The notes: generated by a model not told the origin, from the letters alone. A DNA stretch of 63,614 bases, filler included, from Octopus bimaculoides (GCF_001194135.2; 7 parts of 7 records of this genome joined end to end with filler, not necessarily neighbours in it), one strand, 5' to 3'. Shown: positions 25,153 through 38,108, counted from the whole stretch's first letter. Made by a program: numbers and translations.

Positions 25153-25585
25153 CTAGGAGGTGCTGAAAATTTTCTGGTTTTAAGGGTATCACGAAAAGCC
25201 TTGTTAGAAGCCCAACTTTTCGAGTTCTTTTACAGGGCTTAGAAAAGCTGAAGTACCGCCGCAGTAAGTGTGTGAATCTGAGAGGGAAATATGTTAAATA
25301 TACTTTTCTACTCTAGGCACAAGGCCCGAAATTTTGGAGGGAGGGGGCCTGTCGATGAGATCGACCCCAGTACGTAATTTATCGACCCCGAAAGGATGAA
25401 AGGAAAAGTCGATTTCGGCGGAATTTGAACTCAGAACGTAAAGACAGACGAAATACCACTAAGCCCGGGCTGCAAAGGTTTCTGCCAGCTCGCTGCCTTG
25501 GAAATATGCTAAATATAATCAAAACTAAATGACCCACCTGTATTTTCTTTACTCAAAGCTAGCAACCTTTCACCACTCGCTCGTG
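25153..25585 (+). mobile_element. Mariner-derived MITE interrupted by a SINE
   Basis: TA plus degenerate TIR ctaggaggtgctgaaaattttctggtttt, with a matching degenerate TIR at about 25555-25585. Internal mariner C-terminus remnant FYRA.KS..YR.SKCVNLRGKYVK. Confidence 0.65.
25303..25499 (-). mobile_element. Nin/Deu SINE with 18-bp TSD
   Basis: TSD ggaaatatg(t/c)taaatata at 25285-25302 and 25500-25517. Confidence 0.85.
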
Positions 25586-27140
25586 AATTTCAATGTGGCC
25601 ATCTCACTCTGATTGTTAATTATGGGCTTTTGTTTTCTTGACTCACATAGTGGTTATATGTTTCCGTGCGTGTGTTTATTTGTGTAAACTTGTGCTCATG
25701 TGCATGAATCGATATGCATATATGTTTCCTGAACCTGTCTTAGTTATCCCCTTTCTAACATCCTGTTCATTTTGATTTTCTTCATTCTCTGAGGCTGACA
25801 GGAGAAACCATTACATAAAGAAATGTGACAAATATAAATATCGATAATAATCTAACATGCCGTAAAAAAAACTTTAAACAGTGCTCCAGCATGACCGCCG
25901 AAATCGTATGAGTGAAGTCGATAAGAAAATGAAGAAAGTAAACCGAACACCAAATAAAATTTAAAATAACAGAAAAATATCCTTATGAGATCTTATCATA
26001 GACTGCGCGGCCTACATTTCATCTGTCGTGACAAAAACCTCCCACTTCACACACATCGTCAATGATAAAAACGAAAAAAGAAAAAACGGTAAATAAACAA
26101 ACAAACAAACAAATACAACAAAGAAATACCGAAGTAGTTAACAAATGTCACAACACATTTATATTTTCACACATTTTCAAAATTGATTTAAACGTGTCTT
26201 ATAAACTTGTGAGAAAACCAGCGTATTCACAACTTAAAATCTTAAATTTCTTGAAATGGAAGTAAAACAATTTTTATTTTCCTTTGATTTGTTCTTTTAA
26301 TGCCTGTTTTCTATTGATCAAATTTGTATTGCACTTTTAGAATATTATGAATTGTGTACTTGGTATACTGTTGCTATTGGCATCGACGCTGTTTGTTATT
26401 CTTTATGTGTCTGACGTTGTTGTTAGTAATTTTGGTGTTGGGAGTGATTTTTGTATTTATTTTTCAAAGTAATTTTCTAGTGCAGATTTGATGGTGTCTT
26501 GAATAGAAACCAAATGCAAACAAAAGTACCGCAAACGATCTGTATTTTCAAGAAAAAAATAAAATTAAATAAAATGAGATAAAATAAAATTTTAATCACA
26601 TATATTTTTCACAACATTGTTTCAGTACTGAACTTCAATGTTTTCAGTCAATATATTTATCACAAATTTATATTTAGATTTTGTCCAACGCTTATTGACA
26701 TTTTCTTTTGTTCATGCATTTTCCAGTTTCTAATCTCAACAATATTCTTGTTATCTATTGTAGTTCTGTGGTTTACCTGGCAATTAAGATATTTTTAATG
26801 ATTCCTCTTCCTTACCTTTTTTCAACTATTTCTTCCATTCCTTACTTCCATCTTATTATTTTCTATTCTTTACTTCTTCATAAAATTTATTGTCATTTTT
26901 TTCTGCTTCCAATTTTTCTTACTTCGTTCGTCATTTAAAAATATTTCTCATTACTTTTTTTCTTGTTGAACATGTTTTCTTGTGCACAATTTTGTTTTTC
27001 ATTCACAATTTCGGTTATTCTGGTAATATTACATTTTTCTTAAGGACACCACGTATCTAAACTGGATAGAGCACTCAAATTTTGCTAACGATATTTAACC
27101 TGAACATTTCCAGTATGGAGATACAATTCAACAGCTTCAT

Positions 27141-27314
27141 ATTCTTTTCTACTCTAGGCACAAGGCCCAAAATTTTGGAGGGAGGGTGCCAGTACTAGTT
27201 GATTAGATCAACCCCAGTACGCAACTGGTACTTAATTTATTGACACAGAAAGGATGAAAGGCAATGTCGACTTCGGCGGAATTTGAACTCAGAACGTAAA
27301 GACAGACTAATACC
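27141..27314 (-). mobile_element. Nin/Deu SINE, 5'-truncated
   Basis: Reverse complement of the 42661-42870 family. Confidence 0.8.
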
Positions 27315-28154
27315 TTACTTATTCCCGGGACCGATAAAATAAAATACTTTGGACGATAAAATCCATCCGACAGAAATTTAGCTGATAATACTCCCAGGCC
27401 AGGTTACTGACAAGCAATTTCTTCATTGAATAGTCAACTCAAGGTTTTATTTCTGGTGAATCTTGTAATGGATAAATTGATTATATTGATTATATTGATC
27501 ACGGTGCTTTAATGGTATATTTTTTATTGATACCAAGCACAAGAAAATCAATCAAGATTTCCTATAATTTGAGAAGTCGGCAAATGACTATGAAAGAATG
27601 AGATCAAATCATCCAATTTAGAAATCATTAGCAGATTAGTGAAAATAAAGTTACAAATAACTGACGGTTCTGGGTGGATTTTTCACGATCGGTAGGCTAT
27701 CCAACATAAATACCTATCGATATTTTCCGTTTAGTGTTTAAATGCAGCTTTGAAACTTTTGAGACCGAGGAATTAAAAAAAAAAAACAGCGATGTAATCG
27801 ACTCCACGATTTTGTGGTCATGTAGCTATGCTGGATGCTCCCTGGTATATTGTTTTATTGTCACGATATGTGTTCGAATGTTACGCTTTTAACAAGACTA
27901 AAGTGTGTTGGAGAAATCGTTAGAGCATATGACAAAACATCTTGCTTTAATTCTTCCGGTTCTTTACGTTGGGAGTTTAAACACTACCTAGCGGGATCTG
28001 AACTGTGAGGGTAAAGAATAGTAAGTACAGTTTGACATCTTGGATGCATTTTGCAGGATGCTGCAAAAAAAAAAAAAAAGAAAAATGTCCCAGTTGATCC
28101 GATGAGCAGAAAAGCCTGCTCGTGAAATAACATCCAAGTGGCATTTCTTAACAT

Positions 28155-28347
28155 TGTTCTCAGGGAGATTCGGCTTCACATTGAATGTGACAAGGCTGGC
28201 GCTTTGAAATACAAGAACTCTTCATTTATGCCCCATGAGTTAACTGGAGCAATGTGAAATAAAGCGTCAAGGATATAATGTGGCGTCGGGTATCGAACTC
28301 ACAACCTTATGATTTTGAGCCGAATACCCTTAACCACTAAACCACAA
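28155..28347 (-). mobile_element. Second CORE-type tRNA SINE family, diverged
   Basis: On -: tggtttagtggttaag A box, gtgagttcgatacc B box, ccttgacgctttatttcacattgctccag. A related copy lies on + at about 51255-51360. Confidence 0.55.
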
Positions 28348-28663
28348 GTTTTCATTTTGCAGAATCTAAACCGTCATAAGCATTCTTTGATGGTTTCTGG
28401 ATTGTGTTTAGCTCTCTTCTTCCCATTAGACGTCGGAGTCCTTGTGAAGAAATATGGGTATTATTTTCCATCGTGACTAAAATATTGTTAGACGGTTTGA
28501 CGATTGTGACAACCAAACTGGCAGCCGTGCGTCGTTCTATTATTAGAAATCATTATTAAACACATTAACAATGGAAACAATCTTTTAATTAGATCTCTTC
28601 CGTTAGAAAAATTCCACAAGGAAGAGAATCAAAATAACAAAGAATAAACACTATGTGCATGGA

Positions 28664-28732
<69 letters not shown>

Positions 28733-29119
28733 TGAGAATGAGAGAAAGAGGGTCATGTAGACAGAGACACATCAGTAAGCATGAGTACACATATTCATAG
28801 AGATAAAAATGTACAGATACACAGAAGTACATGTGCAGGATACACATATAATCATAAATATATATCACCAGAAGCACACACGCACATACACTCACACACA
28901 TTCTCACATATACACACACCAACAAATTCAAAAACACCATGAGACAAAGTAGCACATGTATGCACATCTTCACATAAACACATACAAAGATACGCACACA
29001 CGCCACATACATCTCCCCCACACACACATACACGTACATCTACTGAAAAAAATAAACGCATTGAAGGGAAAAGCACATGTACACATATGATTATATATAA
29101 TCGTATACAAAATTAAATA

Positions 29120-29346
29120 CAGTAATCCTTCGATTATCACGGGTGTTCCGTTTCAACACCGCCCCCAGCAATAGGTGAAAATCCGCGAAGTAAAACAGTA
29201 CTGTAGTGTATATATCTTTAAAACTTATTTTTATATTTTGTAGATATTTATTTTAGTATAAATGCAAAACAACACCACGGAGGAATCTACGTAAGCCTAA
29301 ATATTAAACCGCGATAGGTGAATCGCGATACGGTAAGGGATTACTG
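29120..29346. mobile_element. Tigger/pogo-like MITE
   Basis: TA|CAGTAATCCTTCG...AAGGGATTACTG|TA terminal inverted repeats with TA duplication. Confidence 0.8.
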
Positions 29347-29471
29347 TACGTAAGCGCAAGCACGCTTTTCAGGTACTTCGTTGCTTTCGGCAATGGTTAT
29401 TTAATTGTTTGGTCAATTGAACTACTTACGATATATTAATATCTTAATATTTAAGTTCCAAAGACGCTGTA

Positions 29472-29657
29472 CTGGCAGAAACGTTAGTACGCCGGGCGAA
29501 ATGCTTAGCGGTATTTCATCTGTCTTTACGTTCTGAGTTCAAATTCCGCTGAGGTCGACTTTGCTTTTCATACTTTCGGGATCGTACTGAGAACGATCTA
29601 ATCGACTGGTCTCCTCCACCAACATTTCGGACCTTGTGCCTAAAATAGAAAAGAATA
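29472..29657 (+). mobile_element. Nin/Deu SINE
   Basis: Matches 42661-42870; a second partial copy follows at about 29670-29812. Confidence 0.8.
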
Positions 29658-31272
29658 TTCAAGTTTCAAAAAATGCGCCAAGGTCGACATTGCCTTTCGT
29701 CCTTTCCGAATCGATAAAGTAACTACCATTTTAAATACTGAGTTTAATGTAATCGATGTAACCCACACCACCCACGAAATTGCTAGCCTCGTGCCAAAAT
29801 TTGCAATCTAAATGGCTGAGTATTGTGTGAGCAGGGGTAACTTTGATGTAACCATCAGAGCGAAACAGCGTGACACACTATGTGAAAAGGTTGCTGATTT
29901 AAATTTCGAGAACAGACCTTCCAATAAATCCCTGCAAAGATCCAAGACTTAACAGTTTTATTCATTACATAAACTAAAATAGGAGAAGAGAAACTTGAGG
30001 AATGCTCAAGACGTAGGATCGAACACGGGAGGTAAGACTGCCAAGAAAAAATTTCGTATAGTACCTTGGCAAACTCCTTTAAGACACATACAAAGGAACG
30101 GAGAGATAGAAACAAAGATTGAGAGAAAGAGAGGGTTAGACGCATACACATGGTCACCAACACATGCACACACACACACGAACACGCATGCGCAAACAAA
30201 TGCAGGGTCACGTGAACACATACCATCGCACAGAGGCACGCAGACGTTCGCTGCAGATCGAGATGCATAGAGACACGTAGCCCGCCTACTCATACACCGA
30301 CGCCAACGCAAAGATGGCGTTGATTCCTCTAGGATAGGGATGGTATATATATATATATATGTGCTGCAGTATTTGGGCTATCAATAGATTTCCAAAAATA
30401 GAATATCGATCGATTTCAAATCCCATCGTAACAAATTGCTATTATATCGAAGATAGGCGTGTCTACTAGTAAATCATGCGTTACTGACTGCGTGGATACA
30501 CACACACGCGCACACATACCAAAACATACTATACATACATACATATATATGTGTGTGTGTATATATGTATGTGTATGTGTATATATATTTATATACATAT
30601 ATATATACATACATACGTACATACACATATAAACGTATGTATATGTGTATGTACGTATGTACGTGTGTGAGCATGAATGTGTTTGTATATGTATATATGT
30701 GCGTAAGTAGGTAGGTGTGATTGCTACTGTTGTGTGGGTGTGTAAGTGCGTTTAGTGTTTGAACTATTCATATCCGTCTCAGGTTTCTGGGGGTGCACCG
30801 TACGTGCCTATATTCTATCTACCAATTTCTTCGTCTAGTGATATAGCTATTTATTTATATACCCACCTCTCTACTTATCGACACAATTCTACGTGTATGT
30901 GTTTGTCTATCCGTATACATTTACACACATATACGACTGTATATACTCAGATATTTTATACGGACATGCACAATACGTGAAGTGAGTGGAAATTAAGCGT
31001 TTAAAATTATGACATTCCTCCTGCGTATATTTTCAAGTGTCACAATGTGCACGTGTATCTCTCGTCGTGCGGGAGCACACAAATCTTCTCAAACATGTAA
31101 GCTATATATGCGCATGAGCGTGAGCACGTATTACGGATTTGCATAAAATTTCATGCAAAATGGACACGCCAATCTACAGCCTCTCAATTGCGCTGCGGAG
31201 GTTGTCTCCCCGTTTAGTATACAGAAATTTACTTTCTATGCTTAAAGAGTTCTTTGGCTCGTATTTCTGATA

Positions 31273-31435
31273 ATCTTCTCTACTCTAGGCGCAAGGCCTG
31301 AAGTTTATTGGGGAGTGGGGCCAGTCTATTAGATCGATCCCACTACGCAACTGGTAATTAATTTATTGATTCCGAAACGATGAAAGGCAAAGTCGACCTC
31401 GGTGGAATTTGAACTCAGAACGTAAAGACAGATGA
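31273..31435 (-). mobile_element. Nin/Deu SINE, cut by a gap
   Basis: Family match. Confidence 0.8.
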
Positions 31436-31457
31436 NNNNNNNNNNGTCGTATATATA

Positions 31458-31491
<34 letters not shown>

Positions 31492-31595
31492 TGTGGTGCG
31501 TATGTGTATATGTGTGTGTGAGAGCGTGTGCTGGTGTTAGTGCTAGTGTGTCTGTGTGTGTGAGTATGTGTGCATGTATATGCTTGTGTGTGTGC

Positions 31596-31633
<38 letters not shown>

Positions 31634-32189
31634 GTGTGCGTGTGTGTGTGTGTGTGTGTATGTGTGTCAGAATGTTGCTAGTAACATTCAGTCAAGTGAA
31701 ACCTGTTCTCCAGCCTTCTCTTAGCTCACTAAACAGGAAATGACTCCNNNNNNNNNNNNNNNNNNNNNNNNNNNNNNNNNNNNNNNNNNNNNNNNNNNNN
31801 NNNNNNNNNNNNNNNNNNNNNNNNNNNNNNNNNNNNNNNNNNNNNNNNNNNNNNNNNNNNNNNNNNNNNNNNNNNNNNNNNNNNNNNNNNNNNNNNNNNN
31901 NNNNNNNNNNNNNNNNNNNNNNNNNNNNNNNNNNNNNNNNNNNNNNNNNNNNNNNNNNNNNNNNNNNNNNNNNNNNNNNNNNNNNNNNNNNNNNNNNNNN
32001 NNNNNNNNNNNNNNNNNNNNNNNNNNNNNNNNNNNNNNNNNNNNNNNNNNNNNNNNNNNNNNNNNNNNNNNNNNNNNNNNNNNNNNNNNNNNNNNNNNNN
32101 NNNNNNNNNNNNNNNNNNNNNNNNNNNNNNNNNNNNNNNNNNNNNNNNNNNNNNNNNNNNNNNNNNNNNNNNNNNNNNNNNNNNNNNNN

Positions 32190-32352
32190 ATCGTTTGACA
32201 ACAGATGTTGGTGTGTTTATGTCCCCGTAATTTACCAGTTCGGCAAAAGTGACCGATGAAATACGTACTAGGCTTACGAATAATAAGTCCTGGGATCGAT
32301 TCGTACGACTAAAAGCAGTGCTCCAGCATGGCCTCAGTTAAATGATTTAAGT
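32190..32352 (+). mobile_element. CORE-type SINE 3' half
   Basis: Matches 52225-52382. Confidence 0.75.
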
Positions 32353-32411
32353 AAAAGAAAAAAAATAAGAAAAATAGTGGATGTGTTGTAAGTAGTTTGC
32401 TTACGAACCAC

Positions 32412-32687
32412 ACAGCATAAGTTGTGCTTCGCGTTGGAGCAGTGTGACGGCCATAGACTTTCTCAAACTTGCGATGAACTGCAGTAATAGCCTGAAAAAC
32501 TTCTTGCCAGGGAGCAATTTTGCAGCACTGCTCTAAAGTCAATTGGCGAGCAATGGGCAAGGGAATGATACACTTCCAAAAACTGCAAAGCGTAAAGTGT
32601 CAAAAGCTGATGGCATCACATCTCGCCGAATTATACCTGAAACGAAATAGAGAAAAGGAAGTGTATAGTGAATTTTCGGACACCCTG
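32412..32687 (-). mobile_element. Tc1/mariner-superfamily transposon 5' end (TIR plus N-terminal HTH)
   Basis: TIR CAGGGTGTCCGAAAATT ending at 32687. ORF ARQLTLEQCCKIAPWQEVFQAITAVHRKFEKVYGRHTAPTRSTTY resembles the DUF4817-type HTH of mariner-like transposases; truncated at a SINE head. Confidence 0.65.
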
Positions 32688-33208
32688 TGTATATATATAT
32701 ATATACATTCATACAGATACGTTTCTGTTTGTTTATACAAGTTGTAAGGAGCATATGCAATCTTTTGTATGAATATTTTCATACTGTATACAAATGAAAT
32801 CATCGAACTTCTTCACTTCACAATAAAACACCTGTGCTAATCGTTAAAATTTCCTTTGAACACTGAGTTCCAGTCAGTGAGTTACTAAGCCGAATAGAAT
32901 TCACAAATATGGATGATCTTATCAGGAAAAAATACTCCGTTGCTCGAATGTCTTCGGAAAGAGTACCGAGATTTTCTTCTCTCGTCAAAATGAAAGACAA
33001 AGAATTTTTCGAAGACATCGTCTAGTGTTTATACGAATATGATAAAAGAGAAGAGAAATAAAAGCGGTGAACTCAAGAGCTTCCTTCTGATCGTAACACA
33101 CCTCCGGGTCGTTACAACGATTACTTAAACTCCGTCTGGAAAACGCTTTGTTTGCTCTCATATCTTGACTTCTATTTTTACGGACGAATAATGGAACACT
33201 TGGACGCA

Positions 33209-33239
<31 letters not shown>

Positions 33240-33694
33240 CATATATATGTATATATATACANNNNNNNNNNNNNNNNNNNNNNNNNNNNNNNNNNNNNNN
33301 NNNNNNNNNNNNNNNNNNNNNNNNNNNNNNNNNNNNNNNNNNNNNNNNNNNNNNNNNNNNNNNNNNNNNNNNNNNNNNNNNNNNNNNNNNNNNNNNNNNN
33401 NNNNNNNNNNNNNNNNNNNNNNNNNNNNNNNNNNNNNNNNNNNNNNNNNNNNNNNNNNNNNNNNNNNNNNNNNNNNNNNNNNNNNNNNNNNNTATGTATG
33501 TATATATATATATGCATATATATATGCATATATATACACAAACATACACATGTCCATATAAATATACATATGTGTGTGTGTGTGCGCGCGTGTGTTTGCC
33601 TCTGTGCACATTTACATACATCTGCAAAAGCATATATGTATATATATATATATATACATATATATGTATATATATACACATATATATATATACA

Positions 33695-33762
<68 letters not shown>

Positions 33763-34286
33763 TGCATATATGTATACTCATATATGTATATATATATATA
33801 TATAATAACTATAGTATAACTATTTTAGCCCTCTTCTTTCTCTTTGTCCGTCTCTCTGTCCCTCTCTCTATCCTCTGTCCCCTTCTCACTCCTCTGTCCC
33901 TCATCCTTCTCCTTTTCTTCTCTCTATATATTGTACAGTATATGTGTGAACGTATGTATGTACGAATATTTACGTTCACAACCGGTTTCACAACAACAAT
34001 TGTCAATTTGCTGAAAAGTAGAAGAGATTACGAACGTACTTACTCTGCTAAGAAGGCAAATATTCCTTGAAACGGAACTGATCGCTTGACATTTGCAGCG
34101 TAAAGATATATGAATAACCTATATTAGCCATTGGCAGATACACGAGCATATGAGGTGAATAATGAAACAGCAGTATCTTAAAGTTCAAGTGAAAACGATT
34201 TCTACCACTGCCCTCTGGGTATTCAGTCCCTCCATCAATATATCTGTATATATCTATACTTATTCTCGTTGTTCCTTTAAAATAAT

Positions 34287-34487
34287 AGTTTCAAGTTTTG
34301 CCACAAGGGCAGCCATTTTTAGGGGAGGAGATTAGTCAGTGTTTCACACGTACTTAATTGATCGAAGCAGAAAAGACGAAAGGAAAAATCGACCTCGGAG
34401 GAATTTGAACTCAGAACGTAGCAGCAGACGAAGTACCGCTGAGCATTTTTTTCCCGGTGTATTAACGATTCTACCAGCACGCCGCTT
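34287..34487 (-). mobile_element. Nin/Deu SINE, diverged
   Basis: Family match with the gcaaaacttgaaa tail variant. Confidence 0.7.
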
Positions 34488-34834
34488 TTGGGTCCTTTAA
34501 CATGAGTATCTCTTGTCTAGGCACAAGGCCTTCAACATTTTGGGGGAAGGGGGCTAGTCTATTATATCGAACCCAGTGAGTAAATGAAATTTCGGATATA
34601 ATAATCCCTTATAAAGATAAAATAGCCTGGCATTGACTCCCCCTTCTCNNNNNNNNNNNNNNNNNNNNNNNNNNNNNNNNNNNNNNNNNNNNTTAATTAA
34701 TTAANNNNNNNNNNNNNNNNNNNNNNNNNNNNNNNNNNNNNNNNNNNNGCTTTGGTCGGCCCGAGGCTATAGTAGAAGACACTTGCGCAAGGTGCCACCC
34801 CAAAAATTAAGCTAACCTCATTTTTGATATTTTC

Positions 34835-35178
34835 AGGTGCCAGTCATCGAATTTGGTTCAATTACGATTTCAATTTCACTTGCCCCAACAGGTCTTTGCA
34901 AGCAGAGTTTAGTGTTCAATTAAGTAAAGGTACGAATAAGTGAGCTGGCTACACCCCTGGTAGAGGCCACAGATGATGGTCCCACTTGGCTTGCCGGGTC
35001 TTCTCACGCACTGCATATTTCCAAAAGTCTCGGTCACTAGTCATTGCCCCGGTGAGGCCTAATGTTCAAATGTCGTCCAGGTGTAGAAACTCTGCCAGGT
35101 CAGATTGGAACCTGGTGCAACCATCTGGCTCGCCAGTCCTCAGTCAAACCGTCCAACCCATGCCAGCATGGGAAGCTA
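34835..35178. mobile_element. RTE LINE 3' end with internal inversion
   Basis: 34835-35075 on - encodes D..TLGLTGAMTSDRDFWKYAVREKTRQAK (RTE ORF2 C-terminus) plus early UTR, joined to a + strand tail at 35076-35178. Confidence 0.55.
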
Positions 35179-35790
35179 AAGTAACTAAAAAGTATTCATT
35201 ATGAACAAGAAAGATAACAATTTATAAGGGATAAGAGGTTACGCACATATATGCATAAATACACATATACAAATATTTATATGTGTATATGGATACAATA
35301 TAACTAACTAACTATATATATGACAAGAAATAATTTTTGTCTCCTTTTATGGAAACAAAAGGGTTTATAGGACTGCAAAAAAGAAGTGCTCAAATGTAAT
35401 TGAGACAGAGATAAAGAAACATTGATCATAGAACAAACATTAAATTTGAGTCAACGTCTTCATATGTAACACCATATCTCCAAACATTTGATTATATATA
35501 AATATTACCATGGTTCTTAAACATATAAAGTATACATCTACAAAAAACACAGAAGGTAAAAATATATATGCGAATAAAAATACAGATATATAGAATGGCC
35601 TATCAAAAAGGTAAATACAATCGACTAAAAATTCTAAAGCGTGTCATGCTACTAAAAATCTAAATAAAATGAAATAAAATATCAATCGACTGAAAATTTT
35701 TGCTTTAGTCCCCATACACAAAAAGTATGTCCAAAAAGTTCAATTTATAAAAATGTAGCCTTTCGACGGAATAAGAACATAAAAGAATTA

Positions 35791-36309
35791 TTGACCTCTA
35801 TATCTGACTCCAAGAAAACGAACATTGGAGTATCTGCACGCTGTACGTTAAAGAACAGCCGCAAGAGAGGTAAGCCCTGTTCGTTGTGCAACAACATGAG
35901 TGAAGTGAATACCATCAAAAATCATAATAGACATGTTATGATTTATACAGAAGGGGGAACCTGCAAAGATTCCCATTTAGTGTACGCTGCAGAATGCACG
36001 AAACACAACTTGATTTATGTTGGTTGTACAACGGAACAATTAAACAAAAGGTTTAATGGGCACAGATTCGACGTCAGGCACAAGAACAGTAGTTCAACAG
36101 AACTTGCTGAACATTTCGTTTCAAGCGGCTGCAATTTTGAAGAAGATTTGAAAGTGCACATTCTCAAAAAATATTCTGAATGTACCCCACTTTCAGTTCT
36201 CAGAATGTATGAGGAGAAATATGTTTGCGGGTTATTGACATCACGCCCTGGAGGAATGAATAAGATGATAGGAGAATATCATCAAATTTATACAAAACTG
36301 TTTGATTGA
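35791..36309 (+). mobile_element. Neptune-like PLE C-terminal Cys-rich linker plus GIY-YIG endonuclease, open frame, 5'-truncated
   Basis: RCT...RGKPCSLC...GGTC..SHLVYAAECTKHNLIYVGCTTEQLNKRFNGHR...ELAEHF...GMN*, followed by a 3' UTR containing a hammerhead. Confidence 0.8.
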
Positions 36310-36488
36310 ATATTCTTCTTTCTCTCTTTTTCTTTTCTTTTTCTGTCGTCTTCCTTTTTCTTTCTTTCTGCTTATTAAAAAACTGACAAAAACTGATGAT
36401 GTCATTCCATCAACGTATGGACGCTGGTTACTCTCGTTCATAGTTTACGTTTGGTTTCTGAAATTTTGAATTTTCAATCACCTTTTGG

Positions 36489-36533
36489 TTTGAACTTGAG
36501 AAAGACAGACGTTCTGTCGAAGTATTGTTCAAA
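36489..36533 (+). ncRNA. Variant minimal type I hammerhead ribozyme (U3-A8 core, A15.1G)
   Basis: Stem I TTTGAAC/GTTCAAA (7 bp), core TTGAGAAA, stem II GACAGA-cgt-TCTGTC (6 bp), then GAAG-TA-TT. Confidence 0.6.
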
Positions 36534-36833
36534 GAATAAAACATCTATACAATCGAATCGCACTCTTCGTCTTGACTATTATTAGTGTTATTATTAATAT
36601 TATAATTATCTTTAAAGACATGTGTACTCATTGCAGAGTTTTCTCCCTACCAGTTTACATTCTTTTCCATCCTTACTAGGACTTCCATTTATGTAAATTT
36701 TATGGTTAGCCACAGTTAGACTGGACATATTATAAGAGCAACTCATATTGATCTTATTTACTCTATTGCTTTCAGACAGTATGTAATTACAATTGTCATC
36801 ATTATATTTAGAGAGATATGCTATTTTTTCTCT

Positions 36834-37427
36834 CTATAAACCAACCCAAGCTAGAGCTTCATTATTGTAATTAGTATTTTGATTTAAAATGTAGTTAGTG
36901 GAGAGCAATGATATACGGGAGGATACTCTATTTACTATATAACATATGACAGCTTTTGGATGATTTGAGAAGTGATTTACATAATTAAGATGCTGATTTG
37001 GTTTATGGACAGGTTTAGAGAGACTTGTAGTAAGGTCTAAAGTAACATCTAGGAAGTTTATTATTTTACAGTTGTCATCAAATGTAATAGGCAAACCTAC
37101 ATTCTTAAAATATCTAATAAGTTTTTTCTTAGTTCTAATATAGTCAACATTATTGGAATTACATATTGTGAGCAAAACATCATCCCTAGAAAGACCACCT
37201 TCAAGATTATGAAATTCGTCTTTCATATAATATAATAAGTATACCCTCATGAGATCTGTGACTTGCACAGAGTCATTAGATCCCATGGTGATATCAGAAT
37301 TATTTTGCCATGTTTTTCTAGTCCAGAACTTATCAGTGAATTTAATAATCATTCTCTTGGCTACATGAATAATATCATTAAAGTTCTTCATAATGAAAAT
37401 AAGTCCTTTGTTTAGATGTATAGGCAA
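36834..37427 (-). pseudogene. PLE reverse transcriptase plus thumb fragment (third PLE type, possibly Nematis-like)
   Basis: DITMGSNDSVQV.DL..VYLL, GGLSRDD (decayed YRDD), INFLDVTLDL, KPN..LNYV...SNHP, RISLLS. Confidence 0.75.
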
Positions 37428-37504
37428 GATGAAAGTATAGTAATTATCAATATTGAATCATAAGAGCTTAACATTTATTTTACATAAGTAAGCATATTAT
37501 TGTA

Positions 37505-37928
37505 AAATTCAAGCATGATCGTTGCCAGGCCCATGGATTGTCTCCCATGCTGGTGACACGTGAAAAGCACCATTCGAGTGTGATCATTGCCAGCGTTGCC
37601 TTACCAGCACATGTGCCGGTGGCACATGCGAAAAACGATATTTCAGCATGATCGTTGCCTGTGCCGCCGGACCAGCTCCCATGCAGGTAGCACGTAAAAA
37701 CACCGTTTGAGTGTGGTCGTTGCCAGAACCGCCTGACTGGCCTTCGTGCTGGTGGCACGTAAAAAGCACCCACTACACTCTAGGAGTATTTGGCGTTGGG
37801 AAGGGCATCCAAGTGTAGAAACTTTGCCAGATCAGATTGAGCTTGGTGCAGCCTCTGGCTCACCAGTCCTCAGTCAAACCGTCCAACCCATGCTAGCATG
37901 GAAAGCGGACATTAAAGGATGATGATGA
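37505..37928 (+). mobile_element. RTE LINE 3' UTR with four ~65-bp subrepeats and (GAT)n tail
   Basis: Units of gatcgttgcc...gtgccggtggcacgtaaaaagcacc followed by the shared tail. Confidence 0.7.
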
Positions 37929-38058
37929 TAATATATATATATATATNNNNNNNNNNNNNNNNNNNNNNNNNNNNNNNNNNNNNNNNNNNNNNNNNNNNNN
38001 NNNNNNNNNNNNNNNNNNNNNNNNNNNNNNNNNNNNNNNNNNNNNNNNNNNNNNNNNN

Positions 38059-38108
<50 letters not shown>

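Noticed and set aside
30200-30330. GC-rich patch with CACGTG and AAGATGGCG (YY1-like) as a promoter
   Set aside because: Isolated motifs among CA repeats with no adjacent exon evidence.
32870-33200. Coding-looking stretch (MDDLIRKKYSVARM...YLNSVWKTLCLL)
   Set aside because: Three in-frame stops, no recognisable motif, no splice pair.
36392-36430. CTGATGA as a second hammerhead in the Neptune-like UTR
   Set aside because: No stem II followed by GAAA and no stem I partner.
37505-37780. CRISPR-like repeat-spacer array
   Set aside because: Whole units are homologous with no unique spacers; eukaryotic LINE UTR and no cas genes.
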